From NCBI RefSeq assembly GCF_000400465.1, contig NW_008806293.1, forward strand, positions 2,601-34,600: DNA of 32,000 nt. The letters are read 5' to 3'. Shown here piece after piece: positions 20,835 through 32,000 of the stretch; the first letter of the stretch is position 1, and each line of letters begins with the position of its first letter. The notes beneath the pieces were generated by a model. It was not told the origin of the DNA, did no database searches, and saw only the letters and a program-made list of their open reading frames with translations. The position numbers and the translations under genes are program-made. This DNA is from Wallemia ichthyophaga EXF-994 (lineage: Eukaryota; Fungi; Basidiomycota).

Positions 20835-23800
20835 ATGGACAACACCGACCAACTGCTCGCGTTGGAATTAAAAATAAGATTCAAAAATAACTATTTTATA
20901 TTTATTTATAATGATTACTTATTATTTTTCAATTTCAACTTTATTCTACTAAATTTCAAATGGATCGGTTCCGGGGCCAGAGATTTGCTGGTTTACGCGG
21001 ATAAGTTGTTTATTCAATTTGCAGACAGGATCGATGTCTTTGATTTCCTTGATAGCGATTGTCTCACTATTGCTGCCACTTTACATGCTTCGGACATTCT
21101 TCACTTCACTCACAATCACGCATACACAATCCTCATGACGCCATCTTCTGTCTCCGTGTACCAAAACTTCATTCTGTCTTCCACCGCGCCCTCAACCAAC
21201 CCCCACATTCCTTCCTTGTCGCCTGATTCTTGTTATCTGGCAATGTCTCACTTGGGCTCCTCCACTGTCCTCCTCCAGCGCACGCCCTCGCTTTCCCCGT
21301 TCCAATCGCTTCCCCACCTTTCCCCAATACGCTCTCTCCAATGGCGTGACAACTCCCTCCTCATCGTCGAAACTTCTGACAACGACTTGTACGCGTACAT
21401 ACGATCTTCTCCCACCAAATTCGACCCATGGACTATCTACGTCTCTCCTTGCCTATTGCGCTCTTTCTGGCTCGGTCCCTCCACCACTGATCTCCTCCTC
21501 AGGCGCGCTCTATCTGACTCCAACTACCTCTTCCATCAAAACAGCCCGCTCTCCTCACTCATCGCGACTAGGCGCTACGAGAGCGTCTCTCAAATCAGCC
21601 AGTTCTCGCGCGATCTCATTCTAAACTTTTCCTCAGACGGCTACAACTTGTCCATCAACGCTATCAACGATACTTCTCACTCTACTTGTAATTACATTCG
21701 CTCCTCGCCCATCGTACAACTCAAGTTGAACGAGTATATTCCCAACGATATTACTGATATACGCCTCACCTGCAGTAGCTCTCATTCTCCCATCTATATC
21801 ATAGCTCTCAGGGATGCCAATAGAGGTTTGCTGGTGGGCGTGCTCAACCCGGCTTCTATCTTTGATCCTGTCCCTGATACTAACCTTCATCCACCCATTC
21901 ACTGGTTACGCAACGCTGATCACGCTCAGCACACATACGCTATCCGCTTCATCACCACTGATCCACTCGGTCAAACACTCTCGACTTACTCTCATCAAGA
22001 CGGAAAACTTATTCATTGGCATGTCGTAGACACTCCCTCAAATGCCATGCATAAACTCGGAATCTTAAATAGTGTGGCTTCGCTTGATGGTCTGCAAGAT
22101 GTGTACGCATCTATACACGTTCACAATGGTGTGTCACTTTTGCATTGGCATTTTACGCTTCACTCACATAGCCAAAGTATTCGCAATTGCATTTCAAGAT
22201 AGAGTAGAGGTGCACAAAGATGGTAGTTTAGTCAGGTCACTTCCATTTAAGGCATCGACTGTGCTGTTTACAAGCAATTCCAAGCACCTACACGTAGTAG
22301 AGCATAATGATACATCCATGATAGTGACATGGCTTGCGTTGAGCAGCTGTGACGTCGTTCACCGCGAGACTCTGTCACCAATACTACATTCAGCAACTGT
22401 ATCCACTAAGTACCTCACCAAAGCTAATATTCCTTCGTATAAGTCACGTTCGCGCCCCAAGTCAGCCGTTACTTATGATATCCATCCCCTCCTTTTAGCG
22501 GTGAATGAGGATGGTAGGGTGATCTTTGTGAAGATAGAAGATAAGTTAAGAACTCACACGTCAGACACAACATTACGCATTGAAGAATTTACAAATTCAG
22601 ACCTTCTTGCGTCATGTTCACACTCTCGCCACACTGCCGTAGCAGCAAATGGCAAAGTGAGGATATACAACTATCACAATATCCTCGAGCACGAGTATGC
22701 ACCAAGCCTGACCCTAAATATGGAATTTCTCAGCCTTGCCGACTACGAAGGTGGCGTGCTCCTGCTAGTTAACGAATCCAATTTGGTTCGGATTTGGGTG
22801 TCTACGCATGATGTATCGACACGCTGGATCGAGCTTACGCGTCTGACTCTGCCAGCTTATGAATCAACAGCTATTACCGCTGCTACTTTCCTCCATAATG
22901 GTACTGTTGCGCTCGTCACTAACGCCAACATACACATCCAGTCGGTGTTGCACCTTCTGTCCACTTCTCTCTCTCCTTACTTGGACGGATTTATTGGAGC
23001 GTCTGAAAAGCCTCTCCGACAGCTTTCACTTTATGAGGTCGTCGCTCTTGTTGCGGGCCCAGTCCAGGAATGGTATCCTGGTTTTATGGCTAGGTGTGTA
23101 GATCTAGGATACACTGAGATGCTCAGGGGGGCTTTGCGCAGATTAAGACGTGCAATCGTGCACCACGATATGAGCAAACTTGTCAATGCGTTTGTATTAG
23201 CTGATGAAGAGGATTGCGAGGAAGATGATGAAGATAGCAGATACCCTGTCATAGACGAGCAGTTTATAAACGCTCTTTCCACTGTCAAGGGATTCATCGG
23301 CAGTAGCGCTTATGATTCCCTCAGCAATATCATCAGGAGCATACAATTAGCATCAGATAACTGCACGAAAGCCGACGAGTATGCATGGAAAGCGGTATAC
23401 TATGCCTCTCTTGCTAATCGACTCAACTCTCACATCGCATTGTTCGCGCTTCTGTCACAGAACGAGCAGCTCATCTCAGACGTACTGCCGAACGACGCAG
23501 CCACACTGCTTGCATACCCTAGCATATGGCTTCCAGACCAACATTATCAAAGTAAAATGGAGATTATTGCTAAGAAGATGTCTACTACGACGGAAGACAC
23601 CATCGATCCTAGCCGCTATGCTGTCTCAGTTGTGTATTTCGCCCTCAAGAAGAAATCATCGGTACTAACTCTATGGAAATACGCTTATGGACATAAAGAG
23701 CGTGAAAATGTTGTGCGATTTCTCAGTAGAGATTTCAACGGCGATGGTGAGCAGGCCCAAGTAAACAGGGTGGCTGCTACCAAAAACGCTTACGTTCTGC

Positions 23801-24502
23801 TGTCTAAACGTCGTTATGGTGGGTCGTGCTTTATAGGTATACATACGTCATCTTACATAGCATATAGATTACGCTGCTGCGTTTTTTGTCCTCGCTCATA
23901 AACACGCTGATGCTACGAAAATTCTCATCAAGCACTGCACAGACTACGAGTTGGCATTGTGTGTTGCAAGGTCAAGTGGTGATAATACACTCTTTAACGC
24001 TGTCTTGAAAGATATGGCACTTTGGGCTGTTCGACATGGTGATACGGCTTTGGTTGTCGCTGCACTAATCAAACTGGACCGTAAAGTGCTGGCATCAAAA
24101 TGCTTGCTTGATATGAAGAGTGCCTTGAGAGATGATTTCTTTGCTAATACAGTGCTCGGCGATCCTTGCGATTTGGATTTCGCGCTAGTCGGACTATATA
24201 ACAACAGCGCCATCCCTAAAGCTTTCATTGAGGGTGAAGGCAAAGTGGCGATGAGGTGCGCTAATCAGCTTGCTAGAGATGGATGTCATGTACTCGCTGT
24301 TAAACTCTTATCTGAGTGGAAGTTTGGCGGTGTGAAGGAAAGATTGGATAATTTGGAAAGAAACACAAACACAGCTCCACAATCGCATACAAACAACTCG
24401 ACTCTAACGCCCGCACAACCCAAAACTAACATCGTTGCATCCCAGCCTAAGCAGTCTTCGCAGCATGTTGATCAATTCGACATGTCAGCATTTGGATTCT
24501 AA
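20835..24502 (+). CDS. RAV1: RAVE complex subunit Rav1 / rabconnectin-3 alpha-like; introns 22129-22171 and 23819-23867; start uncertain
   Basis: Rav1p_C motif AATKNAYVLLSKRRY|DYAAAFFVLAHKHADA; the N-terminal region is beta-rich and WD-like. Two 43-49 nt introns join three long ORFs. Confidence 0.88.
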
Positions 24503-24553
24503 TAACTGATATAATCGTATAGCAATGCATTAAAATAAAGAAAGCTTTAGATA

Positions 24554-25957
24554 TCACTTTGCTTCCAGCTTAGCAAACCGCTTCTGTATATCATTCATCC
24601 TTTCCATCACAGCATCAATGTTGCGCTTTGTTATCTCGTCATTTTCTTTAAGACTAGCCTCGAGCGTGCTAGTAACCTCACTAAGTGTCTTGACATTAGA
24701 TGACGTCGATAGCAGTCTTGCCTTGAAATCGTCAATCTCGCCCACGACATCCGCACTGCGTCTATGGACCCCTTGTAATGTTCTTAGTCTGTCGAGCAGA
24801 TGTGGAGTGAGTGGTATAAGTGGCTCAATGCGCTTGAGTGAATCGAATAGTCTGTCTATTTTCTCGCCTTGGCCATCGTCCATCTTGATGTTTGGTATAG
24901 TGTCTGAATCATCTTTGTGCCGTCTCGCTTCATGCATTTTCTCCATCTCCGTGTTGAGCAGTTTGAGACGACGAGAAATAGCGTCGAGATGGCGAGGTTG
25001 GGTCAGCAACGACATTTGCTGCTCTAGCCTGCTAATTGTTGTCACAAGCGGGGAAGGGAACGTATCACCTGCCTAGGTTGGGTTTGTGAGCGTCATAATG
25101 TATTTAATTTCTACTCACATCTGTAGACACACCAACTGTGTCAGTCCCGACGCTCTTTTCGAGTGCGCGCAGTCTTTCATCAAGAGTAAGCAAACGTGTG
25201 TCTTCAGAGAAATCTTTAGGTTGCTTAGATCGTTCTTCAGGCTGTTTAGGGTGCTCTTCACTAGTCTCTTCTGCGTGCTCACGTCCCTCCCGATCCTGAG
25301 GCACATTCTCGCGCAATTGAAGTGGAGGTGCACGTCTATTGCCAATGCTACTAATACGAGTTCTGTACTCCATCAACTGCTTTAATATTCCATCGATATC
25401 GTCATCCTGGTCACCACCGCTCACGCCGCGTTCGATATCTGCAATCTCAGCATTGATGAGATGGAGACGGTCTCGTGTATTGATTCCCTTCCAGCGCTGA
25501 GTGCTAAATTGCTCGCTCTCGTCACTATCGCCATCGCTGCCGCTGGATTCAATCACGCCTAGTCTAGCAACTGAGCCAGAAAAGTCTATTGATAGTGAGC
25601 CTGTGTGGCTTGTACTGATATTCCAGCCCACCTTGCCCTTTCACGCCATTGAATCGCCGACGCCTGAACTTACGGCTTGTGCTTTTAGCATTTGGGAGCT
25701 TCGCGGCGTCAATCGCGTCAGCGTCATTCGAAGCGTTCTGTTGAGTTTCGCGGATATCATCTTCATCTGAGAGCTGCTGTGTGTTAGAATGAGCGTTGTA
25801 TAGAGCATCGTCGCGCACAGCTTGTGAAGAATGCGGCACTGGCTCTTCAGTCTCGTAAACATCTGGCGCTGTGTCCTAATACAGTTAAAAATCCATTAAT
25901 AATCCGCTAGTCACCCACTATATCTGGTAAATTAGCGTATTTCGAAGATGTGCTCAT
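24554..25957 (-). CDS. Dynactin subunit 2 (dynamitin/p50); exons 25957-25919, 25875-25632, 25585-25119, 25072-24554; 422 aa
   Basis: MSTSSKYANLPDI|DTAPDVYETEE is the dynamitin N-terminal motif. Coiled coils follow, with IPLTPHLLDRLRTLQGVH and a terminal IDAVMERMNDI. Three 43-46 nt introns give 423 codons. Confidence 0.9.
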
Positions 25958-26042
25958 CGCTGTTTACTATCAAAGACATTTGTGTTTGAGTCTCGCAACA
26001 AAATGATAATTTTCAATAATTTAAGCTTCTACATTTCACTCC

Positions 26043-28986
26043 TCACATATCTGCTAAACCTCCTGCTTTTACTTTGGATCTGGTTACGCGAGTAGGCGCA
26101 ACGTTGCTAGCCCCGGCTCTTCTCTCAGCCGGTATGGCACTCCCGCTCGCCCTCCTAACAGATTCATTCATCCTCGCTATCTTACTCACTGGCGCTGGCA
26201 TTACACTCCTACGACGTGGTTTCTTGGCTTCCTCCTCATCAGAGCTTTCTGACTTTTCACTCTCGCTCGATGACGACGACGGTTCGTCGGGGTCTGATGT
26301 TCTAACGCGTTGTACTGTTGGTCGAGGTCGTCCCTCTAAAGCAGGCGATGCTCTCGGAGAGGCCATTGGTGATTCTATCGCATACCTCGTCTTATCCTTG
26401 ACAATCTCCGAGAGTGGCAGGAATGAGCTACTCGATCTACCACCTGATTGAGGCTTCTTCGATGACTTTTTCACAAGATCATCAAAGTTTATCGACAGAC
26501 GTGGTGGCATTGCTATTTTGCGCGGTGGTTCTATGATGCCTCCTTCTGAATGACGCGGGCGATTATTACTTGGGATTTGTATACCGTTATTCTTAGTTTC
26601 CATGCGTTGTCGCTTTGTCTTTTGTTCATGGGCTTCGGCGTCCTCGTCGGATGTATTCTCCTCACGCGTTCTTTTGAGCGATGGTCGATTCTCCTCTTGT
26701 GTTGCTGGCTGACTGTCGGGTATAACCGTATCCTGAGATTGCTCGGGTGCCTGCATGGGGGCATTCATCTGAGTATTCATTAGCGTCTTCGTCTGCGCAG
26801 CCAAAATACGCACAAAATTATCACTCGCAGCTTGAATTTGTGTATAATCCTGTGTCTGTGATTGTTGATGTGACTGTGGCGATTCTTCTACATTCTCCTT
26901 TTCTCGCTCCCCTTCATGCACCTTTGTATTCTCCTTTTTTGGACTCTTCTGTGGTGATTCTGTATGAGTAGGTGGGTGAGGCTCGGTGTGAGCTTCACTC
27001 CGTTCAGCCTGCATCTCATTCCGCGTAGCAGCATTAGTATTATGCACTTCATCTCCAAGGAAAGTTCCCTCAGGCTGTGTTCCAAGCTGAGCCATCGACA
27101 CATCGCTTCTCCTTCCACCTCTGGCACCTTGAAGCATATTTAAATCACCACCAAAACTCTGATTGGCAGTCATAGATGAATTTACCTGTGCAGAGACGGC
27201 TCTCTCAGACGCAGTTGGAGATCCTGCTGGAACTGGTTCGAGATTAGATGTAGAGTGTACAACCGGAGGTGCATTTCTTGTCATCTCTTGTTGCTGCTCC
27301 CGTTGATTATCCTCGTTAACTTCACCTTCACCTTGGCCTTCATCTTCATCTTGATAGATATCGTCAAAATTGTCATTGTTCTCTTCAGACGAGCCACGTT
27401 TATTTGCATTTGTTGATTTATTCAACTTTGTCTTCTCTCTTTCGCGGTCTTGGGTGTCATCACTCTCATAGTCGGTCATTACTTCGTCATCGTCTTTTGC
27501 ACCATCAATCAACTTTTCTGTTGCTTCATCGTCCTTTTCGTCACCAAGTACTGCTTGGATACTGCGACGAGGTTGTTTGGGTACTTGGGTTGAGCTACCG
27601 AATAGCTTAGATAGGTCGAGCTCTTCGTCTTGAACTTGCCTCTCGTGTGGTAACGATGGGTGTTTAAAGGGAGATGATTGCGGTGATTGTGAGAAAGTTG
27701 GCTTAGTCGTTTGAGTGGATGGTAAGGATAGCTGTATTTCAGAAGGTTCTTCTCTTGCCACTTCTTCTGAATTTGGTTGAGGTTGTTGTTGTTGTTGCTG
27801 TGGTTGTAGTAACGGCTGTGGCTGTGACTGTGGCTGTGACTGTGGTTGTGACTGTGGTTGTGTTTGGGACTCTTGTTTAGTGTCTTGTTCCATCCCATGC
27901 TCTTGATGAGAATTTTCTTGTTTATGTGGTGTTTCAGTTGGTTGTTGTGACTTATCTACAGGGTGATCCTCATCCTCGTTAGATTGCTTCTCAGAATTTT
28001 CATACTGCTCTTGCTGTTCACTTGAATCATCAACTTGGTTTGAGGGATGTGGCTGAGCAGATGGAGGAATTTGGGAGGGAGGTAGAGATTCATGGTCCTG
28101 ATCAAATTGTTCAATAGGAGAACTGTAACCTGCATCAAATTGCTTGAAAGCATCTTGATCAGTTTGAGTTTCTTCATCAGATTGCTCATTTAAGCCTTCT
28201 AGAGTTGGTGGCTGGCTGTTAGAGTATATCTTAGGAGGTGAAGATTGTAACTGATCGACGTCAGAAGGAGTGGTGACTTGTCTCTTACCTTTATCATCGC
28301 TATCGTCGCTGTTATAGATAATTGTAGAGCGCATAGCACTGAGTTGAGGAATGTCTGAGATGGATTTCAAGTTATTTTGATAGGAATTTTGATGAGATTG
28401 AAGGGAAAAGTACTCTTGAATAGTCTCCTTGACAAAAAGAGCAAAGTAATCTTCAATGGGTGGATGTGAGTCTGTGGATTTAGACATGATTGCAGATCTT
28501 GGTTGTGCGATGCGTCTTCCTTGCTTTGTGATAGGGGAAGTGGGGTCAGAGGAAAGTAAGGAGAAGGAAGGATTAGTGGATAGATGTTTCTTTGCTGTTG
28601 TTGCAGTCGTCGCCGTCGTCGCAGCGTTTGAAGTGGATTGAATTGGAGTTTGAGGGTGTTTCAAACTCAACTCAAATCTACATTTAAACTTTTGAAAGCC
28701 CCTTGAATTATTCTTTGCCGCGTTGAAATCGTCTTCTAAGTTAAGGGTGAGTGGATTATCAAGTAAATAGAAGCCAGAACTAACCATTACGAATTTGTTG
28801 AATATCTTTTCCATTTCTAGTGAGGACGAGTGAAATATCAAATAAACCCCTCAATTCAAGCTTTTTATTGATCTTGTGTAAGCAATCATCTAAGTCCGTA
28901 TCCTCTAATAGCAACTTGAAGCAATTCTTATCATCAAACAGCGTAACCTGTTCAGGCAATTCATTTCCACTCTTCTTCCGTCCCAT
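26043..28986 (-). CDS. Uncharacterised 964-aa protein: small folded N-terminal domain plus long acidic, Q/S-rich disordered region; exons 28986-28785, 28735-26043
   Basis: A 2.7-kb open frame is joined to an upstream ATG frame by a 49-nt GTTAGT..TTAAC..TAG intron. NLS-like KRTRE..KTKRQR. No family recognised. Confidence 0.75.
27781..27860. repeat. PolyQ and (QPQS)n coding repeats in the orphan protein
   Basis: Plus strand ggttgttgttgttgttgctg...ggctgtggctgtgactgtggctgtgactgtggttgtgactgtggttg. Confidence 0.85.
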
Positions 28987-29078
28987 ACTACCAACACGAC
29001 GGTTACGTTAGAAAATGGGCCGACGGTGAGTTGCTTATAAAAATTAGTTGAACTTGAAATTTATAAGCCTCAAGTTCT

Positions 29079-29476
29079 ATGAAATCTCTCGATGATATTC
29101 TAGACGCAAAGCTCAATTCTATCATGTAAGTCGCGTCTTCTAGTAGCGTAATAGGGATTTAACTTTTATTAGTAAATATACTATTACTAGGCATAATAAG
29201 GGTAATAAACATGCCTATAATACTCTTGTTGATAATTTAGACATCAACGATTCTAAAACGCGGTCTATCATCGATGACCTAATCAAGCACACCCTGAAAT
29301 CCACAATCCCAAATAATATACACAACTCACACACCTTTTCCCTCCCTCACATTCCCCAACTATCTCAACTTCCGCGTTTGGAAGTCTCCCAATACACCCC
29401 TCACTCGTCGCGCAACCAACAAGAACGCTCTCAAATCAGCGAAATTGATTCTTTCATCTCTCAACACAACATCTAA
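29079..29476 (+). CDS. Small spliced hypothetical protein, 116 aa; exons 29079-29125, 29173-29476
   Basis: ATG followed by a consensus GTAAGT..TTTAAC..TAG 47-nt intron. The spliced frame MKSLDDILDAKLNSII KYTITRHNKGNKHAYNTLVDNLDINDSKTRSIIDDLIKHTLK...SQHNI* is open for 117 codons and exactly fills the gap between its neighbours. It is absent from the ORF track. Confidence 0.65.
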
Positions 29477-29499
29477 TCATTCTTTGTATGTACATTACT

Positions 29500-31612
29500 T
29501 TATCGATGCTTGTTGTATGCTTCATTTAGTGTTGCGAACACTCCTTGTGCTATCATTCGCTGTTCCAATGAACTAGTTTTGGTGTTTATCTGAGTATATT
29601 AGCTGTATTCGTTTCAATAACCCTCAACCCACCTTGTCTGGATGCACTTTAGACACCGTACGCATGTAAACCTTTTTCACAGATGCATCACTAACCAACT
29701 CATGCATACCAAACTTCTTCAGTCCGAGTTCTGGCCAGAGTATTGTATCTACTGATGATAGCAGTGCACGTATGTTATCCACTTTACCCGCTTTCCATTG
29801 TAGTAGTTGTGCATCAACTCCATCTTTCAGTGCATGCCTTTCTGAATCCTCCGCTGCTTCCTGTAACGATGCAGCTTTTGAACGCTCAAGTGCTGCTTTT
29901 GCGGCCTTTTCACCAGCTGCTTTGATTGTGTTGTTTTTGGTGTTGGTGTTGGTGGGTGTATTCATCCTTTTCTTCGGCTGTTGAGCTTCTTTAACCCGTC
30001 TAAGCCCTTCTATGGCTTGATTCTGTATACTTGCAAGTTTAGTTGATATGCTTATCAGCTTTTCATAATCATCTTGTGCATCTGTATGTTTTTCGTTCAT
30101 TTCATAACTAGATGCACGAGATCTGTATGCTTTGGCGACTGTTTCTAACACATTAACACCATCACTAGGTTCATAATCTTGATTTACGATCGAAATTGCA
30201 CTTGACGCAGCTTTAACTCCACCATCACCATCACCATTCTTCACGTGCGTAGCGGCAAGATTAGTATTGATTACAGCACAGCGTATGTGGTTGGGAGGTA
30301 TAACCGACGCTGCTTGCTCATACAACTCAACAGCTTGAGCATATGATCCTAACTTGAATGCTTCATTCCCTTGAATGCGCAAAGCAGCTGATTGATCCAA
30401 TGCTGCTTGTGATACAGGAGGATTCACACGTGATTTTTTTGGTTTAGGTGATGTTATCGGTGGTTTTGTCGGTGTTCTTGGTTCTGCTGCTACGGGCGTA
30501 CCTGTGCGACTGCGAACGGCATGTCTCGCTGGAGATACATAGGACTTGGGTTTAAATGCATCGAGTAGACTGCCAGAAGATTGTTGTGAAGACTGTCTAG
30601 ACGGTTGCTGAGAACTCTGCTCACGTTGCTCGGGCTGCTGAGATTGTTGCATCTTGGTTGGTAGAAATGAACTCTGTTGTACAGGTATATCATCATCTTT
30701 GAAACCACTAGACTCTCCTTCCTCCCAACGTCTTTTTCGTTCTTCATACTCCCGCTTCTCATTGGCTTTTCTTAAACGATCTTGATCAGATTGTTGCTGA
30801 TTTACGCGCAAACGTTGATCTTCTAAAGCTTTTTGAGCCATGTTCTTCCCAACAGACCAGTAAGAAGAAGCTTTAGAGAAGAGATCGTTACCGATCGTGG
30901 AAGCTTGTTGAAGTAGTTGGTCAGATTGAGGTAATTGAGGGGAGTGTTGGGTTTGTTTAGGTGGTTGAGATTTGGGTTTGTGGGTATCAGGAGGTTCTTG
31001 TGGTGTATCAATTTGTTGATTAGCATTAGAGTGACTAATAAGGATGGTAGCTGCAGCTGAGACATCAAAATTTGCGCTTTTAAGAGCGTGATTGGCATCT
31101 AAAGCGCTAAAACCCATCTCAACGAGCTGACCGATAAGGTGAGGGGGTGGAGATGAGGATTTTTTTGGTAAAGAGTGTGTCTCAGGTGGGTGACTGTGTA
31201 CAGGCTTAGCGAGATCACCGAGGATATCGAAATCGTCAGGATTATTGGAAGGGGAGTTGATTGAAAGAGACTTAGAGGAATCAAGGACGCTAAAGTCATT
31301 AAAGCCATCGACAAGGGTATCGTCACCGAGGAGGTTGTTTGAGAGGTTGTTATTAGTGGTGGTGGTGGTGGTGTTGCTACTAGTGCCAGTACTAGTACTA
31401 GTGCCACCCAAGAAATCCAAACCATTCCAATTAATATCGTGTGTCTGTTGGTTGTGCTGTGGTTGTTGCTGCGGCTGGTCCTTTAGCAACTGGTTTCCCT
31501 GCTGTTGCTGCCTTCTCTGACCGTCTAAATCGAATAAAGTTTTATCAGAATTTCCATTAAAGTCTAAAAGACCATCGAAAGCATCCGACTTTTTGTTTGA
31601 GTTTGAATTCAT
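29500..31612 (-). CDS. SWA2: Auxilin-like clathrin-uncoating co-chaperone (UBA + TPR + C-terminal J domain); exons 31612-29633, 29589-29500; 689 aa
   Basis: UBA: LIGQLVEMGFSALDANHAL. TPR: LRIQGNEAFKLGSYAQAVELY. J domain: NIRALLSSVDTILWPE..VKKVYMRTVSKVHPDK|INTKTSSLEQRMIAQGVFATLNEAY. Confidence 0.93.
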
Positions 31613-31641
31613 TTGATGGTTCCAATCAAACAGCCAGGTCA

Positions 31642-32000
<359 letters not shown>

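Noticed and set aside
23819-23867. Internal TAG|GTATAC and tandem acceptors in RAV1 intron 2
   Set aside because: The segments are too short for two introns; a single 49-nt intron restores the conserved RRY-DYAAAFF motif.
1337-31520. Numerous antisense or alternate-frame ORFs of 60-180 aa overlapping the called genes
   Set aside because: Expected by-products of long coding regions and of repeats (poly-L/V from antisense polyQ); none has independent motif support.
842-31612. Apparent cluster of trafficking/cytoskeleton genes (GDI1, ARC18, RAV1, dynamitin, SWA2)
   Set aside because: They are interspersed with unrelated housekeeping genes and belong to a large functional class; no evidence of a co-regulated cluster.

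Overview
Eukaryotic (fungal) DNA from an extremely gene-dense genome. Introns are mostly 38-59 nt and many intergenic gaps are under 100 bp. This architecture and the basidiomycete-type proteins suggest Wallemia or a similarly compact basidiomycete; that is inference, since no search was run. I reconstruct about 21 loci by hand-splicing GT-AG introns: a decayed FAD-monooxygenase relic, GDI1, an RRM-like protein, an F-box protein, mitochondrial citrate carrier CTP1, a NAM8/NGR1-like 3-RRM protein, a 6-exon mitochondrial carrier, HEM4, mitochondrial uL5 (MRPL7), ARC18/ARPC3, NOG1, CDC7, an AhpC/TSA-like-domain protein, a GH20 hexosaminidase, a minimal NBP2-like SH3 adaptor, RAV1, dynamitin, a 964-aa SQ/TQ-rich orphan, a 116-aa spliced orphan, SWA2/auxilin and the 5' end of CEF1/CDC5L. 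No transposon, rRNA, tRNA or CRISPR feature is supported. The best finding is a candidate [D5,6] spliceosomal twin intron (stwintron) in the carrier gene at 8643-8746: a 57-nt intron sits inside the 5' splice site of a 47-nt intron, and its removal builds a perfect GTGAGT donor. Other highlights are head-to-head gene pairs with start codons only 29-48 bp apart, a ~95-aa Nbp2-like HOG-pathway adaptor, and a 5' splice-site set with invariant +5G and frequent GTGGG.
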